In this document: one piece after another, positions 1 through 9,009 of the stretch
Numbering within the stretch: position 1 is the first letter of the stretch
Layout: each line of letters begins with the position of its first letter
IMG/VR virus record: IMGVR_UViG_3300019468_000021
Length of the DNA stretch: 34,968 bases
Source of the DNA: a virus
Reading direction: 5' to 3' (one strand)
The notes under the pieces: model-generated
Seen by the model: only the letters and a program-made list of their open reading frames with translations
What the model was told of the DNA's origin: nothing
Database searches by the model: none
Made by a program: the position numbers and the translations under genes

Positions 1-127
1 AAGCTGGTCCAGTACTTCCTCCAACTCCTCGTTTCGCTTCTTCAGCTCTGCAATCTGCTCTGCCGGTGTCGGGATGTACTCTGCAGGAGCCTCACCGATA
101 CGGACATAAGTTAACTTTCCTTGCTCA
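1..127. repeat. Terminal direct repeat, copy 1 (identical to 34842..34968)
   Basis: Direct comparison: nt 1-127 (aagctggtccagtacttcc...cttgctca) read identically at 34842-34968. This is a circular-assembly overlap or true terminal redundancy. Confidence 0.95.
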
Positions 128-348
128 TCCCTCATCTCTTTCGTTTTGAGGTTATGGAAAGTGCCGTCTTTCACGATTGCCGGGAGCTGTACATCGTACT
201 GTGAGCTTTCCTTGGCGTATGCGGTAGCTCCGTAAATCGCCCTCGCCGCCATGTCGGCTTCGGTCGGATTCCCGAAAAGCGTGATAGTCTGTATCTCATG
301 CTCGCCCGTTTCGGGATTTGGTTTTACAAGTGCAAAATCTCGTTTCAT
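1..348 (-). CDS. Hypothetical protein (124 aa), split by the window edge; coiled-coil-like C terminus
   Basis: ATG at 348-346 with GGAG-type SD upstream (rc: aaaagagaggagaaaaaATG). The frame stays open to nt 1 and continues through the repeat to a TAA at 34817-34815. Hand translation MKRDFALVKPNPETGEHEIQTITLFGNPTEADMAARAIYG...PTPAEQIAELKKRNEELEEVLDQLMLKSLGGE. Absent from the ORF track because it crosses the junction. Confidence 0.7.
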   Translation of the reverse strand, partial: MKRDFALVKPNPETGEHEIQTITLFGNPTEADMAARAIYGATAYAKESSQYDVQLPAIVKDGTFHNLKTKEMRDEQGKLTYVRIGEAPAEYIPTPAEQIAELKKRNEELEEVLDQL

Positions 349-373
349 TTTTTCTCCTCTCTTTTTGATATAT

Positions 374-403
374 AAAAAGAGGAAGCCTATTAAAGACTTC
401 CTC
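374..403 (-). terminator. Rho-independent terminator after the RelE-like gene
   Basis: Minus-strand RNA gaggaagtc-tttaata-ggcttcctc (9-bp stem including one G.U) followed by uuuuuauaua. Confidence 0.7.
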
Positions 404-423
404 CGTAGGACTGTAGTAAATAT

Positions 424-687
424 TTAGTTGTAAATCTCGCTTCGGTGTCCGACCGACAAAGCATACACTATGACTTCTTTGTCTAGTATCTCACAAATCA
501 CTCTGTAATCCCCTATCCGATACCGCCACTGTCCACCTTTATCTCCCACCAAGCCTTTTCCTTTAGCTCTAGGATTGTCTGTGTTGTCGATATTTTTCTC
601 TAACCAATTGATGATGAGCTGTTGAGTATGCTTATCGAGTTTCTTTATGTCCTTAAATGCTTTTTTACTAAAGACCAATCGATACAT
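424..687 (-). CDS. relE: RelE/ParE-family type II toxin (mRNA interferase)
   Basis: 87 aa. MYRLVFSKKAFKDIKKLDK...WRYRIGDYRVICEI.DKEVIVYALSVGHRSEIY matches the RelE/StbE pattern. Start overlaps the antitoxin stop. Confidence 0.85.
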   Translation of the reverse strand: MYRLVFSKKAFKDIKKLDKHTQQLIINWLEKNIDNTDNPRAKGKGLVGDKGGQWRYRIGDYRVICEILDKEVIVYALSVGHRSEIYN

Positions 688-914
688 TATTCAAGCCCCA
701 ATCTTTCCTTCATTTCATCAAGCGTATAAGTGGTAGAGTCTTTCTTGAAATCGTCTACGGCTTCTCTGTATACCTTCAAATCGTACTCGTCTTCAATTCG
801 CTCAAGAACGGTGTTACGGATAAATTCGGACAGAGTCATACGATTACTCTTTGCGTAGGATTTAAAAAGCTTTTCATCTTCATCAGATAATCTTAGTGAA
901 ATAGTCATGAGCAC
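687..914 (-). CDS. RHH antitoxin partner of RelE (RelB/DUF6290-like)
   Basis: 75 aa. ISLRLSDEDEKLFKSYAKSNRMTLSEFIRNTVLERIEDEYDLKVY is a typical ribbon-helix-helix antitoxin with a C-terminal toxin-binding tail. Lies upstream of and is translationally coupled to the toxin. Confidence 0.8.
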   Translation of the reverse strand: MLMTISLRLSDEDEKLFKSYAKSNRMTLSEFIRNTVLERIEDEYDLKVYREAVDDFKKDSTTYTLDEMKERLGLE

Positions 915-924
915 ACCTCTCTTT

Positions 925-945
925 CTGTATTACAGAATAATACAG
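925..945 (-). promoter_or_regulatory. Inverted repeat upstream of the antitoxin; candidate TA operator
   Basis: ctgtatta-cagaa-taatacag, perfect 8-bp arms, 11 nt upstream of the antitoxin start. A TTGACT -35-like hexamer lies further upstream on the minus strand. Confidence 0.5.
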
Positions 946-976
946 ACAACAAAAGAAGTCAATAATGTTTTAGTTA

Positions 977-2260
977 TTAAGTGCCATCATTCATTAGGCT
1001 GCCCCAAGCGACGTAGATACAACCGGTGCCGCCACCGCCACCATGAGTAAGTACCGAACTTCCGCCAGCTCCTTCGCCACCTTCACCTAAGCCGTTTGTA
1101 CCATATTTACCAGTGTTTCCAGTCGCATATGAACCACCGGCGCCACCGGAGGAGTACAAAACGCCATTAAATCCTATAGTACTTACATGGGAACCCTTTC
1201 CAGCAACTCCGATAACCGGCTTCCTTCTATATCCGTATGGATATGTACCGCCACTAGAGCCATCAGAACCATCTGTTCCTCCTGCTCCACCAAGTCCTCC
1301 TCCACCACCGGAGCCGCCATCACCTCCGTAAATCTCTGTAGTATCTGAGATAGCAATATACGTCAAACCCGGTTTCCCGTGTTGCGCTCTTATTCCAGAA
1401 AAAACAGTGTCAAGTCCGGGGATATTCTTCTGTTTATAATATTCCGAATATTTTTCATTGGAAACAATGGTATTACCAATGGTACGGAAAAGTCCTTCTT
1501 GATAAGATGGTACTACATAGTTTAGTTGCTGTCCGGGTGTTACATTCATGTACCCCGTAACAAAATAACCACCACCGCCACCAGCTCCGGTATTCCAATA
1601 ATTACGCCCACCATCATTTCCTGCACCGCCTTGTCCAACAAGAATATATCGAATTTTGTCCACCTTGTCTGGTACGGTCCACACACCTGCACCAACACCA
1701 AGAGTTACAGAACCGCTGATTCCGGTTACCGTGATTCTGGCACTTACCTTCCCTTCATCGTACCACCGACCGTCCTTCACAGTGACATAGCTGTAGGCTC
1801 TTACAAACAGCTCTCGTTCTTCCAGTTTCGACGTTTCATAGTGCACATCGGCGCTGTCATAAACCATAAAACCATCTGTCTCACTCGTCGGCATGCTTCC
1901 GTACTTGAAGACGAAGTGCACACCGCTAAACAAGCCCGTACTCGGTTTTGCCCATGTAAGCCGGACTTGTCTGTGTGCATACATGGTTAAGCTAAAATTT
2001 GTGATACTTGCAATTCCGAAGGTTTTTATGGCCTGCTTCTTTAGGAATTCCTTACTCATCGAGATAACGGCATCCCCTCCGTCAGCAGACGGGAAAGCTA
2101 CCTGTCCGTCCGGTGTCACAAATTTCTTGTATACTCCTGCAGGAAGTGGGGTAATGATTCTCCCTAAAATCTCTGCTGTTGGTGCTGTATCAGATATATA
2201 AAAGCTGTTTCCCCTATTCTTCCCTCCTGCACCGCCTAAAGGAATAAAAACCTCGCTCAT
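977..2260 (-). CDS. Tail fibre / receptor-binding protein with FN3-like segment and C-terminal glycine-rich domain
   Basis: 427 aa, last gene of the tail module. LTWAKPSTGLFSGVHFVFKYG...is FN3-like. IRYILVGQGGAGNDGG...GGGGGYFVTGYMNVTPGQQLNYVV followed by long GGxGG runs resembles the glycine-rich domain family. Confidence 0.6.
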   Translation of the reverse strand: MSEVFIPLGGAGGKNRGNSFYISDTAPTAEILGRIITPLPAGVYKKFVTPDGQVAFPSADGGDAVISMSKEFLKKQAIKTFGIASITNFSLTMYAHRQVRLTWAKPSTGLFSGVHFVFKYGSMPTSETDGFMVYDSADVHYETSKLEERELFVRAYSYVTVKDGRWYDEGKVSARITVTGISGSVTLGVGAGVWTVPDKVDKIRYILVGQGGAGNDGGRNYWNTGAGGGGGYFVTGYMNVTPGQQLNYVVPSYQEGLFRTIGNTIVSNEKYSEYYKQKNIPGLDTVFSGIRAQHGKPGLTYIAISDTTEIYGGDGGSGGGGGLGGAGGTDGSDGSSGGTYPYGYRRKPVIGVAGKGSHVSTIGFNGVLYSSGGAGGSYATGNTGKYGTNGLGEGGEGAGGSSVLTHGGGGGTGCIYVAWGSLMNDGT

Positions 2261-3270
2261 TATTTACTCACCCCCTTTAGCTTTACTTTAAAATCTTTAC
2301 TAGGCTTCTCTGCGGCACAGTAGAAGGTCACATAGCCGTCCGTAACCTCTGCTGCAGTTATTAGTCCTGCCATCTCGTCATAGGTCTCAATATCGGTTAC
2401 AGAGGAGTCTTTTGTATGTGTCTTTCCCATTGTTACCGAGTCTGTAGCTTTAACAGAAGGAACAGATACCTTCTGGCTATATGGTGCGGAATTACTCCAG
2501 GCATTAGCCGGAATGGTCACGATAGTCTCACCTTTTATCCTATCAATCTGCGCTAAAAGATTTCCAACCGGTGTATCCGTGAGAGTTTGCTCCACCCGAT
2601 TAAACCATGATTGAAAGTTTTCTTGTAAGGCATCCTCAATCCCATCCATCTTCTCAGTATGCTCACTATAGTTATGCTCTATCCTATGGGTAAAGTCCTG
2701 ATAAAAACCGTTTAGTTGCGCGTAGAATGTTTCCGTAGAAAGATGGTCTATAAGCTGCGTAATAAAACCACAAACCGAACTGTCTCCGCGGGTATCAGTT
2801 ATTGCTGACTGAGTAATGGCTGTCGCATTTGACTGAATATAAATTGTAGCTAAAGATAGTTCGTAGTAATCTCCTCGCGCCGGAGTCAGAAGCTCCGGAG
2901 CCACAGGATTCACTGCAGCAGTTCCTTCCTTTACAATGATTTCACAACAGCGGTTTTTATAGTTTGCTCTTAGCACAACCCTATCAATTCTCGCATACTG
3001 CTGTGGCGCTTTCCCTAAGGTATGTGTGCTCTCTAAATCATCATAGGCAAAGGCACCCTGAATCAATCCGAATCCCGGGCGTACTTTAACAGTTAGCCCT
3101 TCAGATGCAAGAACCTGAAAGCAATCCCCGGGCTGAGCAAGAACTCCATTACTGACAAGCTTTGCAAATAGTAATCGAAATAGGTCTGACGTTTCTGCCC
3201 TGTCGAATATCGGCATCCCTTCCGGATCCGTACCGATAATCTCTGAATCGAAATAGCCAAATCTTAGCAT
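2260..3270 (-). CDS. Baseplate/tail fibre protein, BppU-N-like N terminus
   Basis: 336 aa. FDRAETSDLFRLLFAKLVSNGVLAQPGDCFQVLASEGLTVKVRPGFGLIQG matches the DR..y.a.df...f...i.NGV...lqV N-terminal pattern of upper baseplate/fibre proteins. Position fits. Confidence 0.5.
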   Translation of the reverse strand: MLRFGYFDSEIIGTDPEGMPIFDRAETSDLFRLLFAKLVSNGVLAQPGDCFQVLASEGLTVKVRPGFGLIQGAFAYDDLESTHTLGKAPQQYARIDRVVLRANYKNRCCEIIVKEGTAAVNPVAPELLTPARGDYYELSLATIYIQSNATAITQSAITDTRGDSSVCGFITQLIDHLSTETFYAQLNGFYQDFTHRIEHNYSEHTEKMDGIEDALQENFQSWFNRVEQTLTDTPVGNLLAQIDRIKGETIVTIPANAWSNSAPYSQKVSVPSVKATDSVTMGKTHTKDSSVTDIETYDEMAGLITAAEVTDGYVTFYCAAEKPSKDFKVKLKGVSK

Positions 3271-4380
3271 TTAGTTTGCCTCCCTTTTTATAATCTTCGT
3301 GATAGTCGTTGCCTCGTCTGTGCCAAAGGTAACATTCAAGGTCATTTTTGCTCCTTCGTATACCTCTTGGATTGCTGTTATTCTTTCGTCGCACTCGATT
3401 CCTACATCCATATTTTGATATGTACAAAGGTCTCCTAGGTCGAAGTCCTTCATATATACAAGATTAGCGCCGGCATCAATATCTGAATGAACTGTCTCAA
3501 TCTTTGAGTATTCCGAAAGCTTCTCCAGTCCTCTTTGCCTAAGAATTGCGCGGTATTGAGAAGAATCATAGGTGTGTTTTGCCCCACTTCCGTCCTGATA
3601 CTCGCTTTGCAAATCTCTGGCATCCACATATATTTCTCGGCGTTCTTCTGCCGGATCCGTGCGAATATCTACTTCGACAATAGTTCTTGCATTTCCTTCA
3701 CCTTCACCGGCAACATAAGCGACATTCGCATAAGAACTCTCATCTCGGCCATATATCGCGGATTTCACATTATAAAAACGATTGGAGAAAATCGCAGGAG
3801 AGTTTTCTTCCTGGTTCTCCGTGCGGTTACGCCCCTTCCAGCACTCAAAGGTGAGTGTGTTCCTCTCATAGTCATATAGAATACGGTGAGATAGCTCCTG
3901 TGTTTGCTCTGTCTCATACAGTTTTTCCCCCAGCTTGTCTCCCGTTGTCTGCAATGTAATTCTTGATCCAAGTCCTTTGCGAGTCCCAAGGACTAGCCGT
4001 GGAATAACTCGCCCGGAATTTGCCGGATGAATGGCCATTTCATCCACAAGAGCAAGCGCAATTTCTTCCGGAGTTCCAGATATATTTACTGACGCCTGAA
4101 GAACTCTATCATCCAGTAGTTTCTCTGCAAAGTAGCCCTTGCAGTAACCTGAGCGCTCTCCCTTATCTGTCTGTGCATAATTCACTTCCCGGATTACTCC
4201 GAGTTCGGAGCGATCATTACGGCATATATACTTGCCGGAGTTAAATAAGGGGAAAAAGCTTGAGGATGTGTGAAACTCAAATACTCCCGGCTCATAGTAG
4301 CGGCGGGTCCATATCAGCGAATTAAAAACCTTTATGGCTCCAATAGTCTGAAAATCCTTATCGAGAATATATACTTGCAT
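3271..4380 (-). CDS. Tail-associated protein in the Tal position (Siphovirus Gp37-like)
   Basis: 369 aa immediately after Dit. N terminus MQVYILDKDFQTIGAIKVFNSLIWTRRYYEPGVFEF resembles the ReqiPepy6 Gp37-like family. Confidence 0.5.
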   Translation of the reverse strand: MQVYILDKDFQTIGAIKVFNSLIWTRRYYEPGVFEFHTSSSFFPLFNSGKYICRNDRSELGVIREVNYAQTDKGERSGYCKGYFAEKLLDDRVLQASVNISGTPEEIALALVDEMAIHPANSGRVIPRLVLGTRKGLGSRITLQTTGDKLGEKLYETEQTQELSHRILYDYERNTLTFECWKGRNRTENQEENSPAIFSNRFYNVKSAIYGRDESSYANVAYVAGEGEGNARTIVEVDIRTDPAEERREIYVDARDLQSEYQDGSGAKHTYDSSQYRAILRQRGLEKLSEYSKIETVHSDIDAGANLVYMKDFDLGDLCTYQNMDVGIECDERITAIQEVYEGAKMTLNVTFGTDEATTITKIIKREAN

Positions 4381-4381
4381 A

Positions 4382-5287
4382 TCACACCCCCAAATACTTA
4401 GGCGTATAGTAGATATTTACGTCAAGATTGACATAGTTCGTATCTGCAGCATATTCAAGATAATTCTCTCCTACATCCAGCTGGAACGGCTCAGACCGTC
4501 TATCCACACGCTGATAACAATTCACTCCGTTAAGTTCAACAATCTGATGGCGTTCGTTGGTGTCAATTACGAGAACATCCCCTTTGGCCATTTCCACCTT
4601 GACTCTCATAAATTGCCCTGTTCCTGTTCTTGTAATCTTAGGATTACTTACTGGTCCCCTTGTAGCCACAAACTTGATAATCACACCGGTAGATACATCA
4701 CCATCATTAGAAAGCGCCACTTCCTTATGCAGCGTTCTATATCCTGCTGCACGCCCTCCTAATGCAAGCCCGGAATACGGTCTTTTCAGTCCTGTAACCT
4801 TTTTAGCGGTGATTACCCAAGGAAAAGCAAACAAAGGTGTGTATGCTGCCATGTTTTTTCCGAAGTTATCAATATTCAGCATGTATGGATCAGGGCAGTA
4901 TAAATCCACAACAATGGCCAGCCTTGCATCCAGTGAAGCCTTTGCTTTAAAAGTCCAGCCTTCGAGCCTGTATTCAATGTTCCTTGAGACACCCATATAT
5001 TCAATGAGCGCTTTCCCCGTGTACTTTGGATTGAAGAACTTAATCAGGTTTTGCCTGTTCTCTTTATTGTTCCTTAAATCCCGAAAAGAGGCCTCAATAT
5101 GTATTGGTCTGCCCTTTATCTTCAGTCCGTCTACGGTTTCACCGTCTACAAGGGCGTTATCGCTTTTACTGATTTCAATATCCGAACTCTCTAGCCCGGT
5201 TATCTTCGTGATGTCGATATCACAGTCCTTGCCAAAAGTAAGGGTCCTCCCGTTACACGAGAGAATCACTCTAATCTGATTTGCCAT
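4382..5287 (-). CDS. Distal tail protein (Dit-like)
   Basis: 301 aa directly downstream of the tape measure with a TAATG overlap, the conserved TMP-Dit-Tal order. Confidence 0.6.
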   Translation of the reverse strand: MANQIRVILSCNGRTLTFGKDCDIDITKITGLESSDIEISKSDNALVDGETVDGLKIKGRPIHIEASFRDLRNNKENRQNLIKFFNPKYTGKALIEYMGVSRNIEYRLEGWTFKAKASLDARLAIVVDLYCPDPYMLNIDNFGKNMAAYTPLFAFPWVITAKKVTGLKRPYSGLALGGRAAGYRTLHKEVALSNDGDVSTGVIIKFVATRGPVSNPKITRTGTGQFMRVKVEMAKGDVLVIDTNERHQIVELNGVNCYQRVDRRSEPFQLDVGENYLEYAADTNYVNLDVNIYYTPKYLGV

Positions 5288-7944
5288 TATTTCACACCTC
5301 CGACGATGTTACGAATAGCCTCGCGCTGATTTTTTGCCACAACGGAAGGAGCAGGAACTGCCTCATGGTAGTTGTTCGTCTGTTCAATTCGGTTATCGTA
5401 ATATACCGATGTTCCCCCGGCAGAAAATGCCCTTCGGCTTTCTGACGCTCCGGCAGATAGCGCAATCTCTCCGCTATAAGCCGATACGGTGCCTTTCATT
5501 TCATTTAGGAGTGCTGTTGCACTTTCCCTCATGGTTTTTAAGGCACTTGGCATAGATTTTTCTATACCTATCTCTGCTCCGGGAAGAATCCAGCGTCCGA
5601 ACTCATCACGGAAAGCCCTTGAAGGTGAAGCAATGCCGAGGGCATCCTTTGCACCTTCCAGAAGAGATTCCGCAAGGCTTTGAACCTTACTAGTCAGCCA
5701 GTTCCAGCCGTCCGAGATTCCGTTCCAAATGCCTGAAACTATATCTTTACCAATAGAGATCATCTTATCCGGAAGGCCTTTGATTCCATCGACTACCGCA
5801 TTGAACAGTCCTGTTGCCGCCTCAGTACCTTTGGAAACAAGGTCTTGCTTCCATTGATTCAGCTTATTTGCCGTATCTACCAACCACGTCCAAACTTTCC
5901 CCGGCAACTGCTGCATAAAGGTGATTATTGAGTTAATCATAGTCTGAATCGCGGTAGAGGCCTTCTGTTGCATCTCTATGCCCCACTGCACGATTTTCGT
6001 CACCGTATTTACAAGCCAAGTCCAAATCTTACTGGGAAGCTCGGAGAAGAACTTCGTTATGCTCTCAATCCAAGTAGGTACATTTGTTGATATCCATTTC
6101 ACAACATTTGAGCCCCACTTTACGATTGAACCGATTGCATAGCCAAGGGCGTACGCTATACGTTCAGGAAGCTTACCATACCATTTTAAGATACTTTCAA
6201 TCCACTCCGGTACATTTGTGGTAATCCACTCTAATATTGAGGCGCCCCAATCACCGAATTTTGTAACTACATCTGTAAGCCAAGTCCAAATCAATCCGGG
6301 GAGCTTCGCAAACCACTCACCGACCGACTGAATCCATCCCCCAATCGTAGGAGCCACCCATTCGAATAGCTGAATGGCAAGTTCTCCCAGTTCTGTAACA
6401 ATAGCCAGGATAATCTCACCCATTGCCTGTAAGATGAGTGGGATTCCGGTTATAAGGGCATTGACAATGGCCATGATAATCCTTGGCAAGCTTTCAATCA
6501 GTAAAGGAAGCGCCTCGATTATTCCCTTTGCCAAAGCAACTATAATTTCCACGGCACACTCTATGAGTGCCGGGAGTTGATCTAGAATCGTTTCACCGAT
6601 ATAAAGTACAAGCTCAACCAATGCCGGAACCAGGTCCGGGAGCATTATAATTAATCCTTTTGCAAGGCCAACAATGATGTTCTTTGCCGCCTCTATAAAC
6701 TTCTTGAACCCGCCACTGGATATGAACCCTGAAATGCCATTTACGATAGTGTCCGCTAGGCTTGCGAAATCAAAGGACGCTATACCGTCAGCAATCGTGT
6801 TCATAAGGTCAAGCCCTACAGAAGCAACAGTAGAAAGAAGAGACGGCAGTACAGCCACTAACTCCCCAATCACCGAAATAGCTCCGGCAATAAGAGGAGG
6901 AACAAGGCCTTGTATCAAATCCGGAAGAACAGCCACTAGCCCGTTTATCAAGATTACCGCTCCACTAATGAGAGACGGTAATATCTGATTAAAAAGACCG
7001 GGTATCATATCTCCAAGCTTAGATACGAGCGTTGGCAATCCCGCAGCAAGCCTCGGAATGATTTCTGATAGGTTATTTACAACGTTATTTGCCAGTGTCG
7101 CAACAGATTCCGCAAGCTGGTCTACATCCCCTGTGCCTGTGAGAAAGTTATCCCACGCCGCCTTTGCGGCATTCATAGAGCCCTCTATAGTTGTTGAGGC
7201 TTCCTTTGCGGTCGTTCCGGTGATTCCGAGTTCTGTTTGTACCTCATGAATCGCCGTATAAACATCTGAAAGATTGTTTATGTCGTAATGTGTAATCTCT
7301 CCGGTTGTTTGCTGATGGATTTTCTCCGCATCTTGAAGAAGACGCTCCATCTCGCTTTTTGTGCCACCATAACCAAGCTTTAAGTTATCGAGCATTGTGT
7401 AGTTTTGCTTTGCGAAACCCTGATATGCATTTTGGATGCTCTCCATAGAGGAGCCCATTTTATTCGCATTATCACTCATATCTCGAATTGCCTGATCGGC
7501 GACATTTGCCGCCTCAACCTCATTCGAGGTACTTTGCTTTAGGGCTGCCGCAAAGCTTGTGACCGTCTCCATGTACTGGTTTGCCGACATGCCGGCTGTC
7601 CGGTATGCATTATTCGCATTGTCCAGCACCGTGGTTTGAGCCTTTTCAAGGGTAGAAAACTGCCCCTCGACTTCAGACACGGATTTCCCCATGCTTGCAG
7701 CGTATTCTTCAATTGTTGCACCGCCGGCACCAAAAAGCGTCTCTACTCCGCCGACTAACTGCTCATAGCTTGCGACATTTTCAAGAGCACTTTTCGTCAG
7801 TGCAGCGAATGCAACTGTGCCGGCACCAACTGCAGCAGTCACTCCGGCAAAAGCTTTCCCGGCTATTCCACCGAGTTGTCCAACTGCCCCGGAAAACCCC
7901 GAGGAATCGACTTTTGTATCAAAATTTAGTGTTCCATCTGCCAT
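5287..7944 (-). CDS. Tape measure protein
   Basis: 885 aa. Helical Ala/Gly-rich N-terminal part, long hydrophobic middle, and about four 44-aa W-rich tandem repeats (LPxxIWTWL..VTK...WG). Lies between the chaperone genes and Dit. Confidence 0.9.
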   Translation of the reverse strand: MADGTLNFDTKVDSSGFSGAVGQLGGIAGKAFAGVTAAVGAGTVAFAALTKSALENVASYEQLVGGVETLFGAGGATIEEYAASMGKSVSEVEGQFSTLEKAQTTVLDNANNAYRTAGMSANQYMETVTSFAAALKQSTSNEVEAANVADQAIRDMSDNANKMGSSMESIQNAYQGFAKQNYTMLDNLKLGYGGTKSEMERLLQDAEKIHQQTTGEITHYDINNLSDVYTAIHEVQTELGITGTTAKEASTTIEGSMNAAKAAWDNFLTGTGDVDQLAESVATLANNVVNNLSEIIPRLAAGLPTLVSKLGDMIPGLFNQILPSLISGAVILINGLVAVLPDLIQGLVPPLIAGAISVIGELVAVLPSLLSTVASVGLDLMNTIADGIASFDFASLADTIVNGISGFISSGGFKKFIEAAKNIIVGLAKGLIIMLPDLVPALVELVLYIGETILDQLPALIECAVEIIVALAKGIIEALPLLIESLPRIIMAIVNALITGIPLILQAMGEIILAIVTELGELAIQLFEWVAPTIGGWIQSVGEWFAKLPGLIWTWLTDVVTKFGDWGASILEWITTNVPEWIESILKWYGKLPERIAYALGYAIGSIVKWGSNVVKWISTNVPTWIESITKFFSELPSKIWTWLVNTVTKIVQWGIEMQQKASTAIQTMINSIITFMQQLPGKVWTWLVDTANKLNQWKQDLVSKGTEAATGLFNAVVDGIKGLPDKMISIGKDIVSGIWNGISDGWNWLTSKVQSLAESLLEGAKDALGIASPSRAFRDEFGRWILPGAEIGIEKSMPSALKTMRESATALLNEMKGTVSAYSGEIALSAGASESRRAFSAGGTSVYYDNRIEQTNNYHEAVPAPSVVAKNQREAIRNIVGGVK

Positions 7945-8570
7945 TTCTTACTGTCTCCTTCAACATTTAATAGCGCGGAAGGATTTCCGCCATTCATAAG
8001 GATTTCAGTAAGGTCACTTTCGGCCTTCGTTTGCTCATATCTTCCCGGAAGAGCATACATACGCTTCATACGCTTATAAAGCTCCTTCTGCTCTTTTGAG
8101 AGTTTAGGAGAGATTTTCATAGACCTGTAGCCTATGATTTTCATTATCTGCGTATCTTCCGGTAGCGAGCGAAAAAGGGCCCGAAACTGCCACCAATGGA
8201 GTGATTCTTGTGCGAGGTCTATCCGATAAGCGGACATAAACCCGGCATAAATGTAATCGGCGTCGTACTCGTAGGAAAAAACTGTTTCACCGCCCTCATC
8301 TCCGCCGGCTGTCTGCCGTGGTTCTGAACCGCAGCGGTAAAACCAAAAGATTTTTTCGATTGCCTCCCGAATTGTTGTTTCATCAAAAACTATTCCGGGA
8401 TAGTAAAGTTCGAGCATTGTGAGGAGCTTTTCTTCGTCAGACAACTCTGCGTCCGAGAGCATTTCCTCAAATATGATCCCCGTGCGGAAAGATGTTTCGA
8501 TTTTTACCTTGTTGCCAGCAATATCAACCATCTCCGGGAGGCCGTCTAATATAAGATTCATCAGATTCAA
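7926..8570 (-). CDS. Phage Gp15-like tail assembly protein
   Basis: 214 aa. LILDGLPEMVDIAGNKVKIETSFRTGIIFEEMLSD resembles the Gp15 family found before TMPs in A118/SPP1-like siphoviruses. The track start at 8570 is TTG; an ATG at 8561 is an alternative. Confidence 0.65.
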   Translation of the reverse strand: MNLMNLILDGLPEMVDIAGNKVKIETSFRTGIIFEEMLSDAELSDEEKLLTMLELYYPGIVFDETTIREAIEKIFWFYRCGSEPRQTAGGDEGGETVFSYEYDADYIYAGFMSAYRIDLAQESLHWWQFRALFRSLPEDTQIMKIIGYRSMKISPKLSKEQKELYKRMKRMYALPGRYEQTKAESDLTEILMNGGNPSALLNVEGDSKKWQMEH

Positions 8571-8941
8571 TGCCTTTTAGCAGATACGACCTGGCCGAAA
8601 GACTTAGACCGCTGAGTATACTTATTCGTAAGGTCGTTAATCTCTTTCTTAGCCCCTGCCGCACATTCTGTAAGTTCTGCAATGGCTTCCATGTGGTTCC
8701 TTAGGTTCATTTTGTCCCCAAAGAGTTCTTTAGAAGTGCCCTCCCCGAAAATCCTGTCGAAGTATTCCCTCGCTACCGCACACTGCTCACGGAATGCGTC
8801 TGCTACCTTCTCATACTTACGATCGCGGGCATCTGTCGCCTTGTTATGCATATCACGTGTAGCGGTCTCATATCGCTCCATAAAGTCGGCATCGAAAAAA
8901 TCTCCCTCAAGTTCCTTGCCTAAAACTACGATTTTCGCCAT
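8567..8941 (-). CDS. Tail assembly chaperone-like protein (start trimmed to Met30 of the track ORF)
   Basis: ATG at 8941 has the SD aaaggagaaaataatATG. The upstream extension of the track ORF is occupied by a terminator hairpin. Acidic helical 124-aa protein between the major tail and Gp15-like genes. Confidence 0.6.
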   Translation of the reverse strand: MAKIVVLGKELEGDFFDADFMERYETATRDMHNKATDARDRKYEKVADAFREQCAVAREYFDRIFGEGTSKELFGDKMNLRNHMEAIAELTECAAGAKKEINDLTNKYTQRSKSFGQVVSAKRH

Positions 8942-8969
8942 ATTATTTTCTCCTTTGGTCGAGGCCATG

Positions 8970-9009
8970 AAAAAAGGAGAAACAATCCGCCTCGTTAGAT
9001 TGCCTCTCC
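8970..9009 (-). terminator. Intrinsic terminator/attenuator after the major tail gene
   Basis: Minus RNA ggagaggcaauc-(10 nt loop)-gauuguuucucc, a 12-bp stem with two G.U pairs, followed by uuuuuu. Confidence 0.6.

Noticed and set aside
1113-1331. Proline-rich 72-aa plus-strand ORF (PPAPPSPPPPPEPPSPP).
   Set aside because: It is the reverse-complement reading of the GGxGG-rich fibre gene, because GGN codons read as NCC (Pro, Ser, Ala, Thr) on the other strand. This is a compositional artefact.
977-3270. Diversity-generating retroelement targeting the fibre genes.
   Set aside because: There is no reverse transcriptase ORF anywhere in the genome. I could find no template-like second copy of a fibre C-terminal segment by eye.
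4557-5279. 240-aa plus-strand ORF. Other long antisense ORFs belong to the same class, e.g. 10983..11711 (242 aa), 1526..1990, 15420..15803, 25297..25773 and 6674..6988.
   Set aside because: Each lies fully antisense to a well-supported structural or replication gene. They lack Shine-Dalgarno sequences, have Ser/Leu/Pro/Cys-rich junk-like composition, and would break the otherwise gap-free minus-strand operon structure.
8559-8582. Possible -1 programmed frameshift joining the two chaperone-like ORFs (lambda G/GT style), since the second ORF is in the -1 frame.
   Set aside because: The -1 frame is closed by a TAA only three codons upstream of the second ORF's start. The overlap (GCT AAA AGG CAT TGA) has no X XXY YYZ slippery heptamer. 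The second ORF has its own TTG or ATG start, so independent initiation is more likely.
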